Assembly (NCBI RefSeq): GCF_902652985.1
Contig: NC_047018.1
Span: 9,548,001-9,612,000, forward strand
DNA length: 64,000 nucleotides
Direction of reading: 5' to 3'
Source of the DNA: Pecten maximus
Lineage: Eukaryota
The stretch's first letter is position 1. Each line of letters begins with the position of its first letter. Made by a program: the position numbers and the translations under genes. The notes below the pieces were generated by a model that searched no databases, had not been told where the DNA came from, and saw only the letters and a program-made list of their open reading frames with translations. Shown one piece after another: positions 28,301 through 38,700 of the stretch.

Positions 28301-29754
28301 CAAATGATTTAGAAATGATTTGGTATCCAATGATGTAGAAATGATTGGGTATCCAATGATGTAGAAATGATTGGGTATCCAATGATGTAGTAATGATTGA
28401 GTAACCAATGATGTAGAAATGATTGGTTATCCAATGATGTAGAAATGATTTGGTATCCAATGATATAGAAATGATTGGGTATCCAATGATGTAGAAATGA
28501 TTGGGTATCCAATGATGTAGAAATGATTGGATATCCAGTGATGTAGAAATGATTGGGTATCCAATGATGTAGAAATGATTGGGTATCCAATGATGTAGAG
28601 ATGATTTTGTATCCAATGATGTAGAAATGATTTGGTATCCAATGATGTAGAAATGATTTGGTATCCAATGATGTAGAAATGATTGGGTATCCAATGATGT
28701 AGAAATGATTTGGTATCCAATGATGTAGAAATGATTGGGTATCTAATGATGTAGAAATGATTGGGTATCCAATGATGTAGAAATGATTTGGTATCCAATG
28801 ATGTAGAAATGATTGCGTATCCAATGATGTTGATACTCACCTACTCCACCTCCCAAAGAACCCCCTCGGGTACCTGGACGTGCAGTGCCAGGATTCTGTG
28901 AAAAAACAAATCAGGTTTTTTCAGAGTGTTTGTGTCTTTAAGATAATTAGGCTGACAAAACTATAAGGATACTAACATACATGTACTTACCATTAAAGTA
29001 CATGAAGGAAGTATTGTAGAATAATAAATTAATGACATATGTGTTATTAATGTTATCAGATTTGCAGTATAAGTTATTTACCATTGCTGTGGTCAGTCTT
29101 GAAGCAGTTCCAGGTTGTATCCCAGCAGCTACATAATAAGATTATTAAATTAATAAAATGATATGATTTATCATAATATGATGTGCATGATAATATTGAT
29201 ATATAGGTAACCCAATTGGCAGTAAAACAACCTCACAAGATATGTCATGCACAGTTGATATGCCAAAACATTTGGATTTTTTTTCATTGATGGATAAAAT
29301 TCAATATCGAAGTTACCCAGTATACATATTTAGACAGATAATTTCTAGGCATAATTCTATGTAGTTTTTAATCCAATACCTGTTCCCATTGCTCCCCTGG
29401 CCCCTGTTTTGGGGCGGCCCCCACTTGCAGTTGGTACTCTGTTCCTGTGAATAAAATTCAAATGTATAAAACTTTGCACATTGGTATGAAATGTACAGCG
29501 ATTTATGTTACACATTTCATTTGTTATGGCAATTATAAACGGCGCGTGGACTTAACATGACAAGTGATGGTCCATAGAGTGATCATATTTTATATATTAA
29601 ATTTTGTCGCTAAGGTAAACGCCCGACCAAGAAATAATTAAAATATTTCATATAGTCCATGGTTTCAAAACTTGTCCACTTATATAAACATATACAGAAT
29701 ATGGAAATATCTAGCAATATTTTGTTTCAAACGAAAGATCATAATTGCTTACAT
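7349..29754 (-). CDS. IFT74: Intraflagellar transport protein 74 homolog, complete, 23 coding exons, 597 aa
   Basis: Exons (minus): 29754-29753, 29444-29380, 29128-29082, 28895-28841, 27825-27748, 27407-27353, 27073-26975, 26762-26702, 23423-23364, 23157-23096, 21523-21445, 21229-21107, 17310-17277, 17003-16853, 16366-16287, 15670-15617, 14689-14649, 13803-13747, 13456-13336, 10665-10502, 8891-8766, 8455-8395, 7467-7349. Total 1794 nt, open frame. Motifs '[10 protein letters not shown]', '[15 protein letters not shown]', '[19 protein letters not shown]', '[22 protein letters not shown]', '[22 protein letters not shown]' match IFT74; basic N-terminus then coiled coil. Confidence 0.96.
7468..8394 (-). 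other. U12-type (minor spliceosome) GT-AG intron, last intron of IFT74
   Basis: 5' site GTATCCTTT at 8394-8386; branch point TTCCTTAAC at 7487-7479, about 10 nt before the TAG acceptor; no polypyrimidine tract in between. Confidence 0.93.
7505..7850. repeat. Tandem repeat, ~56-bp unit, ~6 copies
   Basis: Unit tatcttaagctgatataataatgacaaggcctacacttgtatcttattctatgatg, inside the U12 intron. Confidence 0.85.
9246..10295. repeat. Tandem repeat, 70-bp unit, ~15 copies
   Basis: Unit taacatgtcagtactccagactaaatgtcccgtacagccgatggatccctgtataaagctactggccagg; highly homogeneous. Confidence 0.95.
10685..12920. repeat. Tandem repeat, 41-43-bp unit, ~54 copies
   Basis: Unit gtgaacctgtgacttactca(ca)nacaaacatgtatatggca; abuts the acceptor of IFT74 exon 10665-10502. 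Confidence 0.95.
14084..14597. mobile_element. Tc1/mariner (pogo/Tigger-like) MITE
   Basis: 27-bp TIRs CAGTGGAACTTCGTTAACTCGAACTCG / CGAGTTCGAGTTAACGAAGTTCCACTG flanked by a TA duplication; no transposase ORF. Confidence 0.9.
14985..15260 (-). mobile_element. Probable SINE 3' fragment with an internal 43-bp duplication
   Basis: 'ttagcgtccttgcaacagccagggtcat' resembles the reverse-complemented tail of mollusc SINEs (from recall); acagccagggtcat...gagacacc occurs twice; GC-richer than flanks. Confidence 0.4.
15797..16272. repeat. Tandem repeat, 29-bp unit, ~16 copies
   Basis: Unit (g/a)catgggcttattgcttctctattatcag; starts about 15 nt inside the donor at 16286. Confidence 0.95.
16589..16868. 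repeat. Tandem repeat, 39-bp unit, ~7 copies, containing an IFT74 exon end and donor
   Basis: Minus-strand unit cagtgtagagaca|gtatgtatacattaatattcctcagt; the terminal copy overlaps exon 17003-16853. Confidence 0.92.
17335..20830. repeat. Tandem repeat, 33-36-bp unit, ~100 copies
   Basis: Unit acatttatattacaacctaacaaaacataa(ta)cctt. Confidence 0.95.
21378..21449. repeat. Tandem repeat, 19-20-bp unit, 4 copies, containing an IFT74 donor
   Basis: gcctaccatat (minus ATATG|GTAGGC) occurs four times. Confidence 0.85.
21713..23040. repeat. Tandem repeat, 33-bp unit (30-bp variants), ~40 copies
   Basis: Unit acaggtccctacactactgtatacagatatata. Confidence 0.95.
23490..26645. repeat. Tandem repeat, 19-bp unit, ~165 copies
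   Basis: Unit gagatagtgttc(a/c)ctcag(g/a); fills almost the whole intron 26701-23424. Confidence 0.95.
28077..28830. repeat. Tandem repeat, 26-bp unit, ~29 copies
   Basis: Unit tatccaatgatgtagaaatgattgg(a/g); begins about 10 nt inside the donor at 28840. Confidence 0.95.
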
Positions 29755-31860
29755 TTTCCTTCTATTACACACAACTTTTGTGCAAATTGATGAAAGTGTC
29801 CCTCGTCAAAATATGTGCGCGATGCACTGTGGGATACCGGTAGTATTAGAAGCGAGTAGATAAAAGCATTTAGAGTAACCTCCCTTCAACTAGGCCTAAA
29901 TCAGTGACTACAATGATGGATCTCTTATTAAAAATTAGCCCGATTAATCTTTTTTATTTTGTGTTCTCAGTAAGAGTATAGTGTATCAAAAATGATGGAA
30001 GATTTGAAATGGATACCACTCTGTAAACTCAGACGAGAACAACGTCAAAATTTACTTTTTAAAGTATATAGAGTACTGTCAGACCATCAATTAAAGTACC
30101 CAGTTGCAACACAGATATATATATAAATTCATTCGTACCATCGGCTATAAAAGACAGGAATGTGTTACCACCAAATGTAGTTAACAGCAGGGACAACCGA
30201 ACAATTTAAAGCTGCCCTCGCGGCTAAAAGTATAGGCCTAAATTTCACTTAGAAACGTGTCATTAAAGCCGAGATACCATTTAAAAAATAGTTTGCATAT
30301 GATATGGCATTCGAAAGTATCAAATAACACAATACTTAAGAGAAAAAATTAACTCAAGGGCAAATATCTTATTTTAAATTAACATTGAGTAGTCTAATAT
30401 ATTTTACACTTAAGGTAAAAAAAACACGTTTGCCTTTATGTAGCAATCTTTTAAACTAAGAATTAAGAATGTTTTATCATACCTAACGTTAAGAAATATT
30501 TACATATGGACAAAACGTTTTGCCATTATGTGACTGATTATATTTTCATACTTATGGTCAAATGATATGACTTTAGGGCAATTCTTTTGTCATTATGTAA
30601 AACGGCAGTTTACTGGTCATTTAAACGATTTAACCTTAAAACGTTTTCGCCTTTAAGGTCAAATCTTTTCCATATTTATTGCAGCTAGTCAAAACAACTT
30701 AGAATTACACTAATAAAGAATGAACTTTATATAGGCCTTAAACATACCAGTTTATTAACACTTGTGTTTTGGCAGTTCTTCAGCGATCTAAATATGAGAA
30801 TTTCACTGGTGTCGCCGGCTTTTAACAGTGAGTGTTTTGGGTTTTTTTTTTTTACGAAATAGAGGAAAAGTATTTTTCAAAGTAACAGTACAGAAAAAAC
30901 ATGCAATTCACCAATTGTCCACCTTTGTGATAAAATAATAGAACACGCCTTAAAATTTTAGTTGCAAGATTATTTCACGATTTTACATGAACATGAATTA
31001 TAAATACCGTAAAAATATGAAAATACCACTGGCATAGATCATAACAAAATAAACAATAGACTAGCTTGATCTAGTTGAAACATTAAAAATTATAACCGGA
31101 GATTATATATATGAAAATATAAATTAAGAAACACTTGTTAAAACATATAAGCGCTTAATTTATAGTTCATATATGTACGTCACTGATTATGAGCACATAC
31201 ATGTATGCACACACTAACTCACGCACGCTTACTGCCTGTATATTATTAGTGCATTGTACATTATGTGTTTTAGTTTGACTGAAACAGTAAGAACATTTAG
31301 TAGTACACATCCAGCGAAAGGTACAGTTGAGTGTAGACTAAAGGTTACATAAATTGCACTCCGTTTGGAATCTAGGTAAACTTGTATGAATAACACCATC
31401 AGTATAACAAATAACCAAACAAAATTCCAATTATGCTATACCTATTTTTGTTGTTATGTTATTTTTTATTTTGTTATTTAATTTTTTTAATCGGGTACAG
31501 TAATAAAACGACACCCACCCCATGATCGTTATGTTATTATTTCATATTGTTTTGCTAGAGATCGAGTGGGGATTTGTAATGTTGCAATCTACCACAAATT
31601 CAACTCATTTGCGTACGTGTACGTCCCTGGCCATGGTGCAATATAGAATGTAATTAACATAATTAAATATCTTTTCGATTTGAAGACGCTTAACGTCCCC
31701 TCTTCTTCAAAAGAACGTTCTGGATAATTCATATATAGTTTTTATTATTTTTTGGTTTAATATTTAATCTGGGACATACATAGATATACTGAAAAAAAAT
31801 GTGTTCTAACACTAAACAAGTTGTCACGGAGAAATGTTGTATGGAACGCATATATTCAGT

Positions 31861-32516
31861 TAATTGAACCTATCTTCAATTATTTGAAGATAGGTGCAAT
31901 TCAATTGAAGATAGGTCCAATTATTTGTACCTATCTTTCATTATTTAAAGATAGATAAATTGAATTGAACCTATCTCTAATTGAATTAAACCTATCTCTA
32001 ATTAAATTAAACCTATCTCTAATTGAATTGCACCTATCTCTAATTGAATTGCACCTATCTCTAATTGAATTGAACCTATCTCTAATTGAATTAAACCTAT
32101 CTTCAAATACAACATAATCTTAATTAAATTAAACCTATCTTCAATTCAATTGGACCTATCTTTAAATCAATTGCACCTATCATTAATTCAATTGAACCTA
32201 TCTTTAATTCGTCCCTTTTCCCTATTTGTTCGTAATTGAAGATAGGTTCAACTTAATTAGAGATAGGTTCAATTCAATTAGAGATAGGTACAATTCAATT
32301 AGAGATAGGTTCAATTCAGTTGAAGATATGTTCAATTATTCTTATTTAAACTTATCTTTAATAGAATTGTACCTTTTTGAGCTTCAATTGAATTGAACAT
32401 ATAATATCTTTAATTGAATTGTACCTATCTCTAATTGAATTGAATCTATCTCTGATTGAATTAAACCTATCTTTAATTGAATTGAACCTATCTTCAATTA
32501 TTTGAAGATAGGTTCA
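31861..32516. repeat. Foldback-like composite repeat (21-bp subunits in alternating orientation, hairpin ends)
   Basis: Subunit aattgaattgaacctatctct forward (~31960-32210), reversed (~32232-32340), forward (~32340-32500); 34-bp hairpins TGAACCTATCTTCAA-TTAT-TTGAAGATAGGT(T/G)CA at 31865-31898 and 32483-32516. Confidence 0.85.
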
Positions 32517-32684
32517 GAGCATAAACCTAATAATTAATAATTTATACCTTAAATAATTTAGTTATGTAGTGAATCGATATTGCTCAATGAATAAAGGAAA
32601 CATAAGTATCTTGCCATAATCGCATGAACTTGCTCGACAGTATAGGAGTTACCTCCCATTAAACGTTTAGAAAATTGATAATTC

Positions 32685-32745
32685 ATTAACCAATCAGAAA
32701 TCCGTTTACTTTGGCAGTGTTGCTAGATATAAACAAAAATGGCGG
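32685..32745 (+). promoter_or_regulatory. Putative AHI1 core promoter
   Basis: CCAAT 32690-32694; RFX half-site-like GTTGCTAG 32719-32726; forkhead-like ATAAACA 32729-32735; AAAATGGCG overlapping the start codon. Confidence 0.5.
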
Positions 32746-35700
32746 ATACAGGTGTGTACTTCAAATTTTTAAATTGTGTTTTTCCATATTTTCAAGGATT
32801 TGACTATGCCTATGTAATATCCTTCATAATATTTGTATGCAACATGTTGTTTATTTAGATATGAAAACTAGTTCACGTATATTCAAGGCATAGAGATGCT
32901 GAATAATTTGCACAGAAATTGTGTCGACAAGAATAGACCTGACATTCCATAACGTGATTACTGTAATGAAACCTGAAATATCATCGTTATTAGATGTAGG
33001 ATTAATAATCAAAATTTGATATTCTAAAATAAAATGGCAATAAATTTCAGTGCTGTATACAGAGATATTCTGATAATTTACTCTTTCAAACACGTCTCAC
33101 TGATTGACAAGTATACATTGTATAAAAAGTGGTTACTGTACTTTAGAGGAGACGACAAGTTGTTTACAATGTTCAATGTGTGAATGAAGTCATAATCAAT
33201 TATTTTTGGAATGCTATTTGATTTACAGATATTGCAACACCAACAAAAACTAAAAAGACTAAAAAGGCCAGACCGAAGTCTTCAAAGCCTGTCGGAGATG
33301 AGGAAGCGATTCCTCTTGGTAGGAATTCATGCAAATGCAACATTCATGATCATTTTCGCTTTAGTTCCCGGACCTCAGAACTCTAAACATCTACTAATAA
33401 CTAATTTAGCACCAGACCATCCATTCTACTACCCATGTTCACCCCTAATTGCGAACCTATTTATTTAATTTAACAGGTTTTACGTCCACTATTATGGCCT
33501 TTTAAGCTTGCGGCCTTTCAGCTGACGAGCATTGCCAAATTCAATATCAGTAGTATATATATATAGTCACCCAAATGTAATCAAATTCAGTGGGAATACG
33601 GTAATAATGTAACTGGAGCGAGGCAAACCCAGTTTGTAATATACAAACTGCACCCGGCTTGCCACCTATATCGTCCGCCAATCCAGGATGTTTGGGTTTG
33701 CTTGTTGGTGTATACGTACGTGAAGGAAGACTTGACTCCAAGTAACAATTAACAATTTTATTAACTGTTACAGTAACAATAAGTAGAATACAGAATTACA
33801 AAATTGGCCCAATGTTCATGTAGCACAGTGTTTGTTTGCTATATTATATATTATATAATATATATGCAATCCATTGTGTTAATCCGCTCTCCGCATTGTT
33901 GGTGCTTAGAATCTTAATTAAAAATAATAATTAGTAAATTGAAATTTTCTTATTTTTAGCTGATATGGACACCAAATCCAAGTTTGACCAGCTCCTACAA
34001 CAGGCTGTCGGCCAAGCTACAGAGTAAGTAAACATAAATAACTATCTATGGTTATCATATTAACATGGCAGATATATTTAATTATAATATTAAATATCAC
34101 AAACATCTTTTTCACACTTCTCCATAACTTTTTTTCTATTAAAACTAGAATATAGTAGTCCAAACATTGCTCTATATATACCTTATCATCCTTCAGAATT
34201 GTTAAAAGGTTCATCCTGGACTAGTATTGGAAGTTAATGTTAAAACAGAAATACAATATATTCAATTTGCTTTACATTTTTTAGGGGTGCAAAGACAAAA
34301 AAGAAAAAGAAGACAAAGCAAACTGATGAATCGGTGGTATGTATGATACTATTATGTACATCAATAAAGTTAATAAAACAATGTTATACTCTCCTGAAAC
34401 TGTAGCTATCCACTGAATGTTATACTGTCCTGAAACTGTAGCTGTCCGCTGTTGTTTATACTTTCTATATAATTTCTCTGCTGTTGTTTTGATGTTGTGT
34501 ACCTGTATAAAAGGTTTCGGCCATATAATCCATCAAGAGAGAATTGTTAGACAAATCAGGAGTTTCACCATTGTAAGTCAATATATATCTTGCATCTTCA
34601 AAGTATTGAGTAATTTCAATTAAAAGCATGTATCCCAATTTACTAGAATATTTGAATGTGTAATATCATTTTAATGTCTAATATAAGAATATAAAAAAAG
34701 TATAGAAATTATTTTTGTATGAAAATAAGCATGTCCCTTACTGTATAGGTTGAAGTTATCACCTAAGTAACACAGCACTAGTCAGCAGGTGTTTACAGTA
34801 TTGGTTTAGTATCTCTGAGTGGTTTATAGATATGGATAAATCAGGGATATTTATTGGTTGTTGACAAAGCTTTAGAGGCCAGGAGGTCAAATTACTTGGT
34901 GGTAATATTGTATGTCTGTTTACAATAAATATGCTACACAATAGGGTGATGATATTAAGGCTGTGGTATTAGAGGAAGTGAAAGCATTAGAAATGAGTTA
35001 TGTAAATCCTGTTCAGGTCCTGTAGTATAGAGGGCAGTTACTAATGTCTGTTGTTGGATCATATGGTGGTTAATTCTCACTACTTTTATTACTTCATTTC
35101 ACCAGAGAGTTTTGTTAATTTTTAATGCAGGTTGAAGTATGGGCAACCTTGGATTTATAAGTCTGTAATTCAGGATTCCAAAGGAAAGTCACTATTGGTT
35201 TTATAACAAAATTCAACTGACAGAATGTTTTCACTCTTACTAACAAATCTATTTTATAGCTCTTTTTCAATTTTGACAACAGGTTATACTCATACATGGG
35301 ATGAGTTCCTGTTTCATGACACCAAAGTCAAGGTCAAGGTCACTATTAATGTTTATAGGAATTTGTCAACTGTTTAGATTATAATGAAAATGACTGGATA
35401 CAAAGTGTATTGGGGATATACTGAATGAGTACATACTTAATGATCTGGGACCCAAGTCTATGGCCAGGATACTGTTACTAATCATAGAAAATTGTCAACC
35501 AGCTAAGCATCATTGCACTAGCTACCCCACTTTATCTATCAGGCCTTACCCAAAGGTCAGTTATGAGAAGGTCTTTATCAACTTTGTGTTTACTATTCAT
35601 AGAAATATGACAAGTGACAAAACAACTTTTATGTGGATCTGGGTGTATCCTGTTCATTTTCTTGTTCAGTAAATAGTTTATTTTCTTTAGCTGGAGTCTC

Positions 35701-38700
35701 TAAGGAAAGGGGAAGGTCTACAGAAAGATGAGGATGCTGCTATCAAAGCTAACACCTACGATCCGGAAAATAGTCCGAAGAATGAGAAAAGTAACAAACA
35801 AAAACAGAAATTGAAGGATATGGGTAGGTATATCACCGAGAAACAATAAATCATGGCTGATGGCTTTGAACTGTCAAAATAGATAATGAAAAAATCATTT
35901 CAAACATATTTTTAGACTGATTCTTTTTCTGTTTACAGAGGGGAGAGACAATGAAGGCTTTGAAATCCTGGATGAAACAAAGAAAACTAAGAAGAAGAAA
36001 AAGAAGTATGGAATATTTAAAGTTATTTCTTCAATATTTTGAAGTTTTTGTGATAATTTTTCCCCGTTGCGACAAAGTTGGAATTTTATTTTTCAACAAG
36101 TTTTTATAAACTTCATGCACTTGTTAGATATGAGGGTTTCTGAATATGAGATGACTACATGTGTCATTTTCCAGTAGTAAATTACCTTTTGGTGTATGAC
36201 ATTTATAACATTACCTCCTCAATGCTTCATAATTGTCATCAAGAAAGTAAAGTGTAGTTCAGACAACAAACAGGATATACAGATATTGTAGCAGCAATGT
36301 CCTGTTTACTGTGATGTTGTTTATGTTCCTTTAGGGATGACTCTGGCTTAGCCTCACCTAAAGAAAAGTCAGTGACTATCCTAGAATTGGATCCCTCAGC
36401 ACCTGTAGAGAAAAAGAAAAAGAAGAAAAAGCCTCCAGATACTGAGGAGGATGTTGTAGCTACTGAAGAGGAACCTCCTACACCCACCAAGACAAAGAAA
36501 AAGAAGAAGAAGGCAACTGATGAGGATCGTCCTATGTCACCTGAGTCAGAACCAGCTTCACCAAAGCCTGCTAAACGAAAAAAGAAAAAGAAGACAGATG
36601 GTGGTCAGGATGAAGAAGAACAGCCACTCTCTCCAGCTGAATCTGAACCTACTTCACCAAAAGCTGGAAAGAAGAAGAAAAAGAAAAAAGGACAGGAAAC
36701 AGAAGAAGAAGAAGGTGCTATGTCTCCAGCTGAGACAGGCTCACCTAAACCAGAAAAGAAAAAGAAGAAAAAAGCCAAGAAGGAAACTGAAGAGGAGGAA
36801 GCAATGCTTTCACCTCCAATGAGTGATGAAGAACAAGCATCGCCCAGTAAAGGAAAGAAGAAAAAGAAAAAGAAGAAAAAGGAAGAAGGAGAGGAAGGAG
36901 AGGAAGGAGAAGAAGTTCAGGTAATATAGAACATTTACTATCAATTCAAAAACAAATAAGGCAATGATAAAAAATGTATCACATTGAACACGTTTATATT
37001 TTATCGGAGTAAACGTCCTATTTGAAGCTAAATTGTATTATGGTGAAGTATAGCATAGTAATATAAGGAAAATAAAAGCTTAGACTACTGTAGGATAATG
37101 TCTGAGGTAGAATGAATATTGGCCATTAGGTTGAGTGTATGTACACATTGGGTATCTTATTGAATGTTAAAGGATGCTGAGGGAGAGGATGCAGATGATG
37201 AGGAAACACAGGTGAAGGAAGTCAAGAGAGTGAAGAAGAAGGCACCTGGTAGGTTTTGAATACTAGCACTTTTAAAACTTCATATCGATATAGATTGATG
37301 TTACATTTTTTGTGATAGTTTTTTTCATCGGAGTGTGATGATGTAATGGATAACATATTAACTTGTCAATGACATAATTCTATTCACACTTTTTGTCATC
37401 ACTGTAGCACCTTCTTTTTTAATAGAATTTGATAAAATTTCACACAATATTGAGTATGAGAACACCTTGAATTAATTCATATTTCAGGTGCCATATGGTT
37501 ACTTTTGATTTCTATAGGAAATCTTATCACTAGAATTTTCATTCCTAGACATCTTTTTATTGCAGATTATACAATGCAATTTTCTGTAACTGAATGTTGT
37601 GTTTGTGAGTGGATTTGTATTATTTGGGGTAACCACATTTTTCTTTGGATATTGAAGGAAAATAGTTTACCAGACATAGAATCATTTAAACTGTGATCAG
37701 GGGAGGTTTATCTAGTGAGACAAAATGTTAGTCATAATTATGTATACTATCTAGTGAGACAAATGTTAGTCATAATTATGTATACTATCCATTGTAATGG
37801 GATACAGATGCTGAAATATTGTCTGACATTTTTTACTTATCAAGCTGTGATAGAAGAGACAGAGGAGCAGCGTTTGGGGAGAGAGGCGATAGAGGACGAA
37901 GGTCAGATACTGGCCGTCACAGTTCACCGAACAGACAAGCTTAAAAATGACTTCCACATCTTACATCCCATGGTGCGTGTTCACATTGTTAATGAGGAGA
38001 CTGGGCAGAACCTCACCAAACAAAAGAAGTAAGTCCTCTCTCTTTTCTCATTAGGTTGTGTCTAGTCAAAATGTATCTGTGATTGTGTTAGTGTACATTA
38101 AAGTAGTGTTTTATGATTTTCAATGCAAATACTTAAGTTGTCTCGTGTATCAGCTACACTATTATGATTTCAATGATTTAGTGATTCAATTTTTTTGCAT
38201 GTTTACAGGGACCGAGCAGTGTCTGCTTATTTTGAAACGCAGAACGAAAATATCACCCAAATCGTGCCAATTATGACTCAGCCTTTTGACTTCAAACAAA
38301 AAAAGTAAGATGGATATGCATTGATGAACTCCATATAAGCCGAACTTTCTCATTATAAACTCCATATCAACTGAACACTCTCGTGATAAACTCTATATCA
38401 GTTGAATACTCTCATGATAAAATCCACATCAGCTCAACACTTGTGATAAACTCCATACTAGCTGAAAACTTGTGATAAAGTCAATATCAGCTGAGCACTC
38501 ATGATAAACTCCACATCAGCTGAACACTCTTGTGATAAACTCCAATCAGCCGAACATTTGTGTGATAAGCTCTATTTCATTTGAACACTTTCAATTCGTA
38601 AAACTTTATTTTAATTTTTTACAGATCTGTGCTTCCAGTTTGGGAAGAATTGCTGGTCTTCAATGAAAACTTCAATTATTTTATCCAGGACTACCCCAAA

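Noticed and set aside
28037-28840. His/Trp-rich ORFs
   Set aside because: 26-bp repeat translations; likewise the ORFs at 15719-16281 and 51839-52519.
33547-33741. 64-aa minus-strand ORF as an alternative IFT74 first exon or nested gene
   Set aside because: Non-ATG start, no convincing splice context or homology; the split ATG at 29754 already completes IFT74.
36239-36822. Antisense and shifted-frame ORFs over the Lys-rich exon
   Set aside because: Shadows of the purine-rich AHI1 exon.
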